NCBI GenBank assembly: GCA_047495785.1
Contig: JBLDXI010000001.1
Coordinates: 4,650,001-4,714,000, forward strand
Direction: 5' to 3'
Source of the DNA: Lepidodermella squamata
Lineage: Eukaryota > Animalia > Gastrotricha
Length of the DNA stretch: 64,000 nt
Under the pieces are notes generated by a model that did no database searches, was not told where the DNA came from, and saw only the letters and a list, made by a program, of their open reading frames with translations. The position numbers and the translations under genes were made by a program. Shown here in pieces: positions 26,836-41,142 of this stretch (position 1 is its first letter; every line of letters begins with the position of its first letter).

Positions 26836-27315
26836 ATGAATATCCGGCACTCACTGATAATTCTCAGCCTGCTTATGGTGGCAACTGGTATTTCTCAATC
26901 TCGGCCAGCTGTGATGAAGAGCAGTCCGTTGGGCGAGACACTTTTCTACACACACAAGCAGTGTTCGCATTTCACAGAGGCCTGGAGACATACGATGGCG
27001 CCAGTTTTGACGCCATGCGGCGGAAACGCGGAGCCATTTGGCTTTGATGGGCAAGTAACGGCCGAGGACAATACTCCGAGGCTAGCATTTCTCAGCGACT
27101 CTGACATAGCGAGCCTCAAGCAAAATGTTGCGAAAGCATTGGAAACGCTCACTGCTACTAAATGCCGGCAACAGTGTAAAAACAGGGTGGGTGCAGTATG
27201 GAACATTTCAATTTGCTGATTTCAAATTTTTCTTTTTTTGCAGAACAAGAAGCGCAGATGTATTAGGGAGAAACCTGAGAATCGATCAGACTTCATTACG
27301 ACCTACTGCCAATGA
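26836..27315 (+). CDS. Four-Cys secreted family member, long type, 140 aa (exons 26836-27186, 27244-27315)
   Basis: Signal peptide; N-terminal two-Cys module; ALETLTATKCRQQCKNR|NKKRRCIREKPENRSDFITTYCQ*; gtgggt..tgcag intron. Confidence 0.88.
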
Positions 27316-27485
27316 AAGCAAATAACTTTTATGCTGTAATTGCAGGTCCATTATCTAAACCCTAAATGACTACTTAATTAATATTCTGAGGCGATAATAA
27401 TTATCGCTTATTGAGAATCGCGAATCAGCGGTCACCATTTTATTCGACTCAGAATTCGAGGCGGCAAATTATAATATTATACAGT

Positions 27486-30283
<2,798 letters not shown>

Positions 30284-32020
30284 CTTGGACACTCGCAAAG
30301 ACTAGCCATGAATAATGCTGATATGCCCCGATGAAGCACAAAGATGATGCCGTAAGTAAACAGTTAATACACAGTAAGTAAATTAACATAAGATTTTTAA
30401 TATATAGGTCCTTCTTTTGCCAATAAACGCCATATGTGCTCCAGGTGTTGCGGTGAAAATAAAAATTGAACCATATTTTTCATAGAACAGGTAACTCTGA
30501 TCAAGCTCTAAATGTCGATTACGGACTGGTCGTGGAAGCTATGTAGATGGGTTCAACTGAAAAATTGGATGGTTTACATTAAACCTTTTCATACTCCTAA
30601 CCAAACTTTAACACTTGACACTCATTCTGATCTGAGCAAAGCAGATGATTATTTTATTTTATATCATCATTTAAGTATAATAAGGCTGAGCGTTTTGAGC
30701 GGTTCGTGATTGCGTAGCATTGTCCGATCATGATTGAAGGACAGTCGGTTGCATATGCCGGTTACGTGCAGTGGAACGATTCGTTGTCGCAGGCCCTAGT
30801 TTTGAGCACAAAGAGCATGAAAGGGAAACTTATTGAATTCGCAATTACTGAGAGCAACAGTGGTGATATGCAGTGCAGTAGCCTCCTGTTCCAATACAAC
30901 GCCGTTCGTCCTTGTCCATGGGCGTAGTGGATGCAACCGAGATGAAGATCAGAATAACGCAAAAAAGCAGAGTAATTTTCATGAAACTACCGAGTTTCAT
31001 CTTCAATTTTAAGTTTGAAGTTGCAAAAATTCTAAACAGAAGGAAATTTATGAGTAATAACGCCAGGCAGTTCTTGTACTATTCCCGCCGCGTTTATAAC
31101 GAGACGCGAATATAATTCTTTCAACCTGTGATGTAGCATTTTATCAAAGAAAATTTAATAGGGCACTTCACTTGTCTAATTCTAATTCCTAGCGAGAATT
31201 AGATCTCTGAGGTCAAGCCAGACAATACAGTCGACGGCTAACAACTAATTGTCAGGGGATGCTTAGTGTTCAACTGCTCTTCACCTGAAATCACATAAAT
31301 AGTAAGGCCAGCAACGGCTACCTTTCTTTGTTTCTCAACTGTCTTCAAACACATTAGGAAGCGGTTGGCGTCCATCAGCAGGCTGTCATTCTTTTTGCTG
31401 GCCGCTGGCTTAACACGAGCGCAGAATGATACTATTGCGCATGCATGCTGAGACATATCGCGACTTGCGCGTCAGAGCAGTGTGCCGGAAATAGAAATAA
31501 ATGGCGTACAGCTAACTTTTTGCATCTTCGCCAGATCATTTCTTACTCTTTCCGGCACGCTGTTCTGGCGCGCAAGTCGCGATATAAAACATTTGTCAAG
31601 TTTCAAAATTTTTTCAATCTTGGCTAAGTGTGATGGAAATAATATGTTAATTGTATCGGTACTATAGAATGAATTGACATACTCTTAGAATTTATAAATC
31701 ATAAATCGAAAATTGACAATTGAAAGCAAACAAATTGTTAACGGCTTAACGGCGTCGTCCTTATGTTCATGAAATGCATGGCAAATCACATTCGAGGTTT
31801 TAAACGGTACTTGATCAGGGATGGTGTAACAAAAGGGCTTCACAATCCGCCCACTTCCGGGTCTAAGTTTTTTCCTTATCAACGTTTACAGGCATGATGC
31901 ATGATGATTCACATTTGTTAATCGTCTCTGATTCTTATCAAGTTGAACAGAGGGAAAACAGTGATAAGTGAATATTTTCTTTTATCACTTCATCCCCAAC
32001 AGGAATATTGTCGCTTTAAG

Positions 32021-34021
32021 ATGGATAATTGCGAGGAGTATCCCTCTTCGTGGCCGCGTAAAGCCGAAGAGCTGTCATTTTATATCAGTCAACGCAAACT
32101 AGTCCTTCAAAGGCAGGAAGATAGACAAACTATTCGCTTCTCAAATAAAACAGATGTGATCGCTTCAGATGGGGAATCGGAACTAGTGATACTAGGCCCT
32201 GAGGTTTCAGGCGAGGAGAGCCAACTTCTCGGAATGTTGATCGCACCACCAATACAACGACAAACTCACACTGGTGGATCGATTCTTCAGCTGCTGATTA
32301 ACAGCCCACCTGGGTATCCCCTCAGAGTCTTTGTGACAGGAAACAGTGAAAGACTTCAGGACCTTCCGATAGAATCATTTCTAAGGTTCATCGGACCGTA
32401 CTCTTTAAAGACCGATGGATACTATAGAACTATTGTATGCTGCGATGATAGTTTAAGTTTTCTATCAAGAGAAGAAGCTCTTGCAACGGAGAATTGCTTT
32501 GAATGGCTGCAAAGAATTCCTCTCATAGATTTTGTAACAGCAGATAACCTGCGAGTCAAAGCAAACGAGCTTTACAGGCAACGAATATTCCTACCGGCTC
32601 TAATGCAATACGAGCTCGCACTCAAGCGAGATAGCTTCAATGCCGTGCTCTACTCTAATAAATCAGCTGCTTTAGCTGAATTGAAGGAAGCCAAGAGTTC
32701 TCTGGTGGTAGCTGAGCTGGGCATGAAGCTGGATCCTGATTCCATACGACTTGTGTACAGAAAAGCATACGCTCTGCTGTTGCTGCGTCGCTTTCAGCAA
32801 TGTGAGGCATTTTTAACAAGCGAACCTATTACACAGTTGTGCGATGGCAATGCAGATGTCGCTAGAGTATTGAGAATTACTAGAGTCTGCCAACATGAAG
32901 CGAAATTCGGTGAATACGATGTTTTCCAAATGTGCCAAGAAGCAAGGCAGCCAGCCTACCTTCACCATGGTGACTACTTCGATGAGGACATGTTGGACAT
33001 TCGACCGGTCAATGGCTTTCCGATCGGAGTAGTTGCGAAAAGGCGCATCCCAGCCGGAACCTTGATATGCGCTGCCAAATTTCTTTGGCTTACAAGTAAA
33101 GGCGCAGACACATCGCCCTTCGTCGAAAAAGTTGCTGAGAGGCTGAATGAGAGCTCCTTTTTACGAAAAATATTTCACCAATTATCAAGCTATTTCACCC
33201 TGAAACCGCTTGAGAAGTTTGATCTCGACAATGTGGCACACCGTGAAATTATTTTAGAAACAGCATTAAAGCACATCACCACTTTAGAAAACGGCATTGA
33301 TTGCTTATGGCTGCAAAAAAGCCTATTCCCTGAAACTTGTGTTGACGCTAACTGTCACTGGTTCACAATTGACGATTTCTTCATGGCGCGAACTACACGT
33401 GAGGTCGAAACAGGCGAAGCCCTGAAGTTGCAGGTTGTCCTAGTTGACTACAATATGTTCGAGGTGCGTCACGGCTACTACAAGAAGAAAGGCAATGTTT
33501 GTAACTGCCGTATGTGCTTACTCGATAGTACAGATACTCAGCCTATTCGTGACCAACTAGGCTACATGTACAAAGAGGCGGTCCAACTTCAGAATACACA
33601 CCATTTCGGGTTGATCAGCCTTGAGCAAAAGCTCATAGCGATAAAAGCGATTGCAGCGATGACAGCAAATCTTACCAATAAGACAAATCGGCCTGAGTTG
33701 AACTCTCTTCTGCATCACATGGAACACATCAAATTCAAATTGCTGCGACTGGCTGGACAGCACGACGAGGCAGCTGAATGTGCCAAATGGTTGTTTACTC
33801 AAAGAACTGCCGTCAACTCGAAACTGTGGTGTCTGGAGCATTCTCTTGCTGTGTTTGGCGAGCTCATTGCCTTGAAAAAGGAGCGTGCGGCTAGAGAGTG
33901 GGCGGAAAAAGCGATCGCGCTCGCTCGATTATTATTTGGCGATGAACGAATTGCCGCCAAATATTTAATGGTGGAGGAGGCGAATTTGTTAAATGCCATA
34001 TCTAATCTTAATAAAACTTGA
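32021..34021 (+). CDS. Intronless TPR + SET-domain (SMYD-like) protein
   Basis: TPR helices (KANELYRQ..ALMQYELAL..VLYSNKSAAL..VYRKAYALL); SET motifs GVVAKRRIPAGTLI and ARTTREVETGEAL; post-SET CNCRMC; first ATG at 32021 within ORF 31943-34021. Confidence 0.85.
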   Translation: MDNCEEYPSSWPRKAEELSFYISQRKLVLQRQEDRQTIRFSNKTDVIASDGESELVILGPEVSGEESQLLGMLIAPPIQRQTHTGGSILQLLINSPPGYPLRVFVTGNSERLQDLPIESFLRFIGPYSLKTDGYYRTIVCCDDSLSFLSREEALATENCFEWLQRIPLIDFVTADNLRVKANELYRQRIFLPALMQYELALKRDSFNAVLYSNKSAALAELKEAKSSLVVAELGMKLDPDSIRLVYRKAYALLLLRRFQQCEAFLTSEPITQLCDGNADVARVLRITRVCQHEAKFGEYDVFQMCQEARQPAYLHHGDYFDEDMLDIRPVNGFPIGVVAKRRIPAGTLICAAKFLWLTSKGADTSPFVEKVAERLNESSFLRKIFHQLSSYFTLKPLEKFDLDNVAHREIILETALKHITTLENGIDCLWLQKSLFPETCVDANCHWFTIDDFFMARTTREVETGEALKLQVVLVDYNMFEVRHGYYKKKGNVCNCRMCLLDSTDTQPIRDQLGYMYKEAVQLQNTHHFGLISLEQKLIAIKAIAAMTANLTNKTNRPELNSLLHHMEHIKFKLLRLAGQHDEAAECAKWLFTQRTAVNSKLWCLEHSLAVFGELIALKKERAAREWAEKAIALARLLFGDERIAAKYLMVEEANLLNAISNLNKT

Positions 34022-34560
34022 ATTTGAGGTCATATATCGGGCCAACAATGTTCGAATGGCTTTTTGAACGCTCCTGCTAGACACTACTACCGTATCACCG
34101 CGCTTTGAGTGTCATGTCGCAACACCCTAGCTCCGGGACTTCAGCCGAAGGAGGGCTGGACGAGGCCAATCTGGCAACAGGCGGGACCCATTAACTTATT
34201 CGGCTGGGTGCTAGCAGCACCCGGATCCTACTTTGCACACTGCACCAATGACAAAGAAGAAATATTATAATTTCCATATTTTTAGAAGCCACGAGGATGA
34301 TTCATCGTTGTTTTTGTCGTTCCGCCCTTATTGTTTCTAGAGATTTGAGCTGTCAACCAAGAGCCAAAAGATGAATAATAACCACTTGCTTCAGCAGATA
34401 TTGCGCAATAAAAAATCAAGCAACGTCTCCGCTGGAATTTGGTCACGAAAGTTCTTAATCCGGCGGCGAATTTAGAGTTTTTTTTACTAAATTTACCGCC
34501 GCCTACGAGCGAGTTGGAAGCTTATAAATTTAACCTGAATTATACACCCATCACGTAGGG

Positions 34561-34566
34561 TATAAA
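34561..34566 (+). promoter_or_regulatory. TATA box of knottin gene 1
   Basis: gggTATAAAt 88 nt before the ATG; same gggtataaat context at 35350-35359 before knottin gene 2. Confidence 0.55.
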
Positions 34567-34648
34567 TGTGCTGCGAGAAGAAGTTTTTACATCATTGTAT
34601 TTTGAGCTATCAAGATCGTGAACAATCTATTCTGCATAGCACTGCATA

Positions 34649-34898
34649 ATGGCAACCCAGTACCAATCGAGCGTCAACTTGTTGATAGTTATGGCAATCT
34701 TCGTTGCGATTTCGGCATTTTTCTTCCAAGGCAGTGAAGCTGGACCGAATCCTTACAAATGCATAGGAACGAATGGATTTTGCTGGAGTCGCAACTACTG
34801 CTGTTCACAGTAAGAAATTCAAAAGCGGTTTATATTATTCCATTTCAACCGATTTTCATGCTAGTGTTTGCGACGACAGCACCTTTCACTGCGCGTGA
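34649..34898 (+). CDS. Inhibitor cystine knot (ICK) peptide precursor 1, 64 aa (exons 34649-34809, 34865-34898)
   Basis: MATQYQSSVNLLIVMAIFVAISAFFFQGSEA-GPNPYKCIGTNGFCWSRNYCCSHVCDDSTFHCA*; C-x6-C-x5-CC-x3-C-x6-C; phase-2 gtaag..ctag intron. Confidence 0.88.
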
Positions 34899-35407
34899 GA
34901 TTCCGGCAACCACGGCTTTGAAACAAACTCGTACTAGTAGCCTCATTTAAAAAAATGCAAGTTGTGAAGAATGCTCTCGAAAGGATTTCTCTCACGTGGA
35001 AATGCTAGCCGTTTGTTTTTGACGAATTTCTCAATAAATTCGACTTTTGTAACATTTAATGTCATGGAAGATTTCTCGTGCGTATGAAAATTCATTTAAA
35101 AAATTGAAATGATGCTTTTGGCATCGAATTTTTCAGCGATGAAGCACCTGGCCTACATTCAAACGCCTTAGCACGTTATAATCACTTTGAACTGAGATAA
35201 CCCGGCCCTGGCCTTCATCTTATGCCAACCTAATGGCAATCCTATGGGAGATAATCGTGTTGTTTACCACGCCAGGGCAAGTTGATCTTTAAATTTGATG
35301 TTTTTCATCAAGCCATTAAGGTTTTTTCTCGAATTTCTTATCACTCCGAGGGTATAAATTCGTAAAAATTTCAAGAATTCGTAAACACATTTCCCAAGCA
35401 TATAAAA

Positions 35408-35640
35408 ATGTCTGCAAATACAGTCCTTTGCGTAATCAAGATGGTTCTGGTAGTTATGCTGCTACTGGCCATTTTCGGTCTTGTCGCAGATGCTGCTCCA
35501 GCGAAGTGCCGCGGTCACAATGGCAACTGTCAGTCATATTCTGATTGCTGTTCCCAGTAAGTGTCGTCATTAAAAGCTATGTTTTCTATGGTAACGTTGA
35601 TGGTTTTAGGGCCTGCAATGCCAATTTCATCTGCGATTGA
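35408..35640 (+). CDS. Inhibitor cystine knot (ICK) peptide precursor 2, 59 aa (exons 35408-35556, 35610-35640)
   Basis: MSANTVLCVIKMVLVVMLLLAIFGLVADA-APAKCRGHNGNCQSYSDCCSQACNANFICD*; C-x6-C-x5-CC-x3-C-x5-C; same phase-2 intron position as precursor 1. Confidence 0.88.
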
Positions 35641-36235
35641 AAATGCCGAGCGAAAGAGACTATCGATACCTTCTACCTCCGCGACTACAAAGAACCTCTT
35701 TTCCAATTGTCTTATTTCCCAAGCAATCGCTTCGATAATAAAAGATGAATTTAATCGGGTTTCGTTTTTTCCTCTGCAGTCGTCCGTTGCTAAGCAGGGT
35801 AACTAGACAATGCATGCTGACTCATCCCTCAGGACAGACAAATTCCCCAATTTTTTAATAATCATTGATCACCTTTGAAGTACATGGACAGTACAATTTC
35901 GCGCATTTCTTGCAATAATTACGCATTACGAAGAAACATGTCAATCACTTTAACGCTATTAACAGGCAGTTATAATTCAATGTCCTTAACGCATGTGCGA
36001 ACAAGTAAACAGCTTATACCTAACTAACAAATTAAGCAATTTCAACTTACCTCGAATCAACCCATTCTCGTCCGGGATTAATGTTCAATAAAAGTTTAAA
36101 TTCGATCACCTGAATATCTCCGAATAGCATAAGGGACCTTGAGAGATCCGATGAGGGCGGGACCAATAAATCCTAGATCCGAGCATATAAAACAGCTCAT
36201 ACAGCCGTGATACCTTTCATTCATTTGCTACAACA

Positions 36236-36593
36236 ATGCTTAAATTCCTTCATTTTGTATTGGCTTGCGTCCTGGTGATAAGCTTGACAGCAGGCTCGCC
36301 AATTCACCGATATCGCTACATCGAACAGGCTGACGTTGACTTCTTGCTTGCAAATCTTGTTCATCTTGACGAGACTGACTTGCACGTGCTCATTCATTTG
36401 ACTGACGAAGCTTTGGATCAGTTGACGGGGTTCGGATGCTACGATCTATGCAATGCTAACGTGAGAATTTCGCGGTGATCTTCTTCCGAATAAATTCAAA
36501 CGTATTTTCTCACAGGGTTTGGTTCAAGAGTGTTACAATGAAGAAGCTGATAACAGGCTACAATTCATCAGATCATATTGCCAATTTCGTTGA
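36236..36593 (+). CDS. Four-Cys secreted family member, acidic, 100 aa (exons 36236-36460, 36516-36593)
   Basis: Signal peptide; ALDQLTGFGCYDLCNAN|GLVQECYNEEADNRLQFIRSYCQFR*; gtgag..cacag intron; TATAAA at 36186. Confidence 0.88.
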
Positions 36594-37229
36594 TTTTTTA
36601 GCAACATTTAGTGATATATTTATAGTTCTCATCTAAGGATGCAGCTCGCATGAATTAGCCTAGGGCCTAGGTAGTTGGATATTATTTTGATTCATTCAGC
36701 GATTTGAAAAAATAAACTGATTTTCAGATTTTCAACGTGAATTAGTTACAATTTGACTGATCTTATACCAAATTTAGGTTTTTTCCCACATTTCAGGGAA
36801 CAAAGTCTCATTCTGAGTTTGAATTTGCAATCTGACTTGGGCGAAAAATGCTCACCTTTATCCACTAATATCGACTATATTATTAATTCTGAAGGAGATG
36901 TCAAATTAGCCAGTTACTATAGACGCTCATTCGCTGCAGAAGCTTGACCAAGCGTCGACTTTCATGACCAATTAGCATCCTTGAGTATCAGAAAAATAAC
37001 GTGCTGCTCAGTCATCACTGCAACAAAACAAGAGCCATGTGTCGCGGAGCTAATAAGTCACATTTTCGGGCGTTAAAACAGCTGCGCGATGACTTATACT
37101 ATGAATCACCATGACTAGCCAGCATTACGCATCATACAAACCACGCATCTCTCCCTCAATTTAACGCCATCTTTTCGCATTTTCGAACGTTCATTTCGAC
37201 AAATCACACTTATACATTATCGAACGAAT

Positions 37230-37535
37230 ATGCTAACTTTCTCAATTTTCGCAACAGTTGCCATCATGGCAAGCGTATCCAGCGGGTTGCCAATCTTCGA
37301 TAGCGGCATAGCTCTGAGCGAGCCAAGTGATATCGGCCCGATGCTGAAGCAAGTCGAGTCGTTGAACCCGGACGAATTGCAACAGCTCTTGGACTACGCC
37401 CTTGCCGCGCTTGATGAAGTTTCGATGAATGAATGTTCAAGTCGTTGCTTTGGCGCCAAACTGATCGAAAAGTGCGAGACCATGGGCCCTGAAATGCGTG
37501 TCAATTTCCTTGAAGCTTTTTGTCCCCTCATGTAA
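37230..37535 (+). CDS. Intronless four-Cys secreted family member, acidic, 101 aa
   Basis: Signal peptide; ALDEVSMNECSSRCFGAKLIEKCETMGPEMRVNFLEAFCPLM; exact C-x3-C-x8-C-x15-C spacing in one exon. Confidence 0.88.
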   Translation: MLTFSIFATVAIMASVSSGLPIFDSGIALSEPSDIGPMLKQVESLNPDELQQLLDYALAALDEVSMNECSSRCFGAKLIEKCETMGPEMRVNFLEAFCPLM

Positions 37536-38409
37536 GCATCGAGCATGTATATAAAAATATTATATGCTTGATGGAAGGATTGTAATAAACGGGATGCTTT
37601 TTCCTTTTCCTATTCTGCGTTTTTGCTTGACGAGAGATTGTTCACATTTCTTATGGCTGCGAGCTCGGACGAAAATGAGACGGAACCGAACATTGCCAAC
37701 ACGTTCTTACTAACAAAGGTAAAAGGTGTCACCAAACTAAGACTGATCCTCGTTTCCGAGAAGTTGAAGGCTAGTCCTGAAATCTGAAATGTTAACCAAT
37801 CCTGGAAATATTATACGCCAAATCGGATAATGAAGGCACGCAGACTAATAGCAGCGAATGATGACAAAGAAGTTCGAAAATTACGAATTCCTTGCAAATA
37901 AACCACAACTGTGAGTTTTATTAGTATTTCATACATCCAGAGTGTATATATAAAACAGATTTGCCTCGTTCAACGTTCAACCAATATTAATTCGACATCG
38001 CCAATCAATGATGAATCACAAGAGATAAAATGACAGAGAGTTCCTTGTGTGCAAAAGGTGTACTTTTCTATGGATATCTCCTTATGGAGGAAGAGGGAAA
38101 AGAAACCCCTTTTGGCATTCAGCAAATTTGTAGATGAACATCGGTGGATGACTCTTAGAGCGGAATGGCTCTCGGAGCTGGACCGAGTCGGATCATACTG
38201 TTTATACCTTTGCTTTTAAATTAATGATAATGGCTATAAGAATGATCATAAAAATACAATTTAAATGCGTATTTTTCTCATAAATTTGAAAATCTGACAT
38301 AAAAATGTCAACTTTTTTCGAGTAGTGATCGGCACGCGATCAAATATGCTTAGGAAAAACATTCAACATAAGATACTACTAATATTTTAATGAAATTTTA
38401 TTCAAAGCA

Positions 38410-39896
38410 ATGCTTCTAACATTCTTTCTAATCAGCATTTCCTTATGGATTTCAGCGACTTCAATCTGCGACTATCGCAGCCTTTCAGCCAACGCTGATT
38501 TCAAGAGATGGTGCCAAATCAGTGGAAATCCGGGCTACTACTACGCGAATAGGGTCAATAATGCATTTTTCTTCGAAATAAGCGAATCGAGCTGTAATCA
38601 ATTCGAGTGTGAAGCCAACAAGTATTTCGACACGAAATCCTGTGAATGCCGCTGCCTCGACACTCCTCGGCCGCCTTGTCCTGAAAATCAGCGTTACGTC
38701 GTTGACGAAGCTAGGAAGAAATGCTCTTGCCTGTGCAATGACGTCCCGCTCGATGCTGGACCGATTTGCGCGACAACACAACGGCGAGCCGCTGTGAATG
38801 ACCCGACAGCTTACTACCAAGTCGACGCAAACAAATGTACCCCAGCGTCGAAGACTTCTTGCGATTTCGGTGTTTTCAATGCTGAGTCCTGCCAATGTGA
38901 ATGTCCTGACGGGTCGGCGAAACTAAGCTCGGATAATGCCGAGGGCGGGCAGAAATGCGAGAATAAGCAAAAAGTAAGCAAGGCTTTGTATTTATTATCG
39001 TGGATCGTCATGTTTTACTCCATTTTAGCGTTTAGCTTTTTCTTGATTATTGCTAAATCTCTCCTCTTCCACAGGCCTCAATTTACCAGTCGAAGTCCGG
39101 TTCGATTTTTCAAGAGGTCGTTAATTCATGCGTGAAGCCAGCACCCTGCCCGTCAAGCTTAGTATTCGACATAAATTCTTGTGAATGCCGGTGTCCCAGC
39201 TCCTGTCCCGTTAATCAGGAGCCGAAGATAGACTCTAATTGCCAGTGCAAATGCCAGCCTGATCCAGCAGACGCTTCCCGATTTCAGACCTGCGTCGATG
39301 CACAAGGCACACGGTTCTACTATTCGAAAAGAAATCCATTGAAATATTACTTCGCTTCTGACTCGAATAACTGCATTGTTCAAGCCGATGGGCCGTTGGG
39401 TCGCACGTGTGACATTGGTGCATTCAACGGCCGAGATAATTGCAAATGCGAGTGTGCTGTTGGTTTACCTGCGAGTCAAGTTGGAGATATCGATCTGTTG
39501 ACCAGAACAAGTTGCGGGCCTTACAAACGCGGTATACCTCGTAAATTCCCTGATATGAAGGACCCGAGAACATATCACATTGATGCCGTAGCTGCGCTGG
39601 GGGACGACACGTACAATTGCTATTCTTCTTTATCATGTCGCAATAGCCCACCTGGCTTCATATATTCCCCTGACGATTGCGCCTGTGCGTGCTTGGAACC
39701 GGAAGAAAGCGAACCGTCTTGCACAACCACGCAGGGTGAAAAACGGTTCATCTACGCGCCGAATGCTACAAGTGAAGCGGCGTTTCTTCTTGAACGGTAT
39801 TACGAGCTCGATAGCGGATGCAAAGTTTGGAAGCAGTGCGAAATTGGCAAACGATTCAAATTCACAAGTTGCTCCTGCGAAACGTATACTACATAA
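38410..39896 (+). CDS. Secreted cysteine-rich CXCXC-repeat protein, ~461 aa (exons 38410-38973, 39075-39896)
   Basis: Signal peptide; about 8 repeats ending C-x-C-x-C (e.g. CEANKYFDTKSCECRC, CPSSLVFDINSCECRC); phase-0 gtaag..cacag intron joins the two ORFs in frame. Confidence 0.85.
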
Positions 39897-40641
39897 ATGT
39901 CGTTTCCAATTACACTCATTTAAGCTAGCCCTTGATAATTTATGATAGTAATAAAACAACGGTTTCTGAGTTAGTTTGATTTCAACTCTAGGCGAAGCGT
40001 ATTTTTCCATGACTATTGATTCGAAAGTCAAATACATGGAACTTTAAGGAGCCCTATTTTTCATCGTTACAAAACTATTCGGCTGTTAAGCCCTCAAATC
40101 AAAATTTATCGTGCCCCACGATATTGAATATCAATACCGATAATATCAGGCTTGAAGATTGAAGTCTTCAGTGTTCAAGCCTGATTGAATTGTAAGATTG
40201 CCGAAACAGCAATTCCAACCGACTCCACACCGGCGATTGTCAAAGACAGAAAAAAGCGACAAGCATGACACATCATTTTTGGTACTCGGAAATCTTATAG
40301 TTATTCCAGATGAGTCTGCCAAATATTTACTCAGGGCATTCCTTCATCATAAAACTGCATAAAGGTTGTCGCTCTCCGTCAGACGTGTCGCACATCTTCA
40401 TGTGATCAGCTGCTGCTAAAGCTGATATCGTGAGCTTTTTTTGAGCGAGGTAGCAAGTCGCGAATCCGTCCCCGCCGGGGGTGGTTGTATCTCCAGCTGC
40501 AGTATGCGGGCGTTTCGCGACAAGCTGGCATCGGTACACGCAGCTGATCGGCTATAAAATGCCGCCAGTTACAACGGTAAAGCATCAGTTCTAAGTTTAA
40601 GCTCTCAAGCCAACTTTTCCTCCCAACTCCAATCCAGAATC

Positions 40642-41142
40642 ATGCAGTCCTACGCTTTCGCTATTGGCGCCGCTTGCCTCGTCGCTTTTGCCATTGCTGG
40701 TGATCCGATCAACTGGGGTGAGTTATTTCCATGGAATAGAATCTCAGTGGAACTAATGTGACTTGAACTTTCATTAGACGCCATTCCCATGAGCCCCAGT
40801 TCTGATGGCTCTGGCAAGGTCACCCACTTCCAGACCGGTTGCGACACCGCCAACGACTGCTTCACCTGGAACGCCGTCTGCGTCCCCGTCAACAAGGGCA
40901 TGAAGGGAAACTGCTTGTGCCACGGCGGCCACAGGGCTAACATCGACGTCTCCACCAACAAGACCTACTGCGTTGACTTCACCCCCTGCACCCCTCTCCG
41001 CCCTCCCAGCGACCCCAAGAAGATGCAGAAGTGGCTCAAAGACTCTGTTGAGCTGAACCCCTGCAAGGACGTCCGCGTCCCTGAGGGCTCTGACATCGTC
41101 GCCAAGTGCTGCCCCAGGCTGGAAAAGTGCGTCTTCTTCTGA
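40642..41142 (+). CDS. Secreted 11-Cys protein, 146 aa (exons 40642-40717, 40778-41142), EB-module-like N-terminal part
   Basis: MQSYAFAIGAACLVAFAIAG signal; gtgagt..ttag phase-1 intron; TATAAA at 40553; strongly C/G-ending codons. Confidence 0.85.

Noticed and set aside
41128-41142. C-terminal CVFF as CaaX prenylation motif
   Set aside because: The protein has a signal peptide and is disulfide-rich, so it would not meet cytosolic prenyltransferases.
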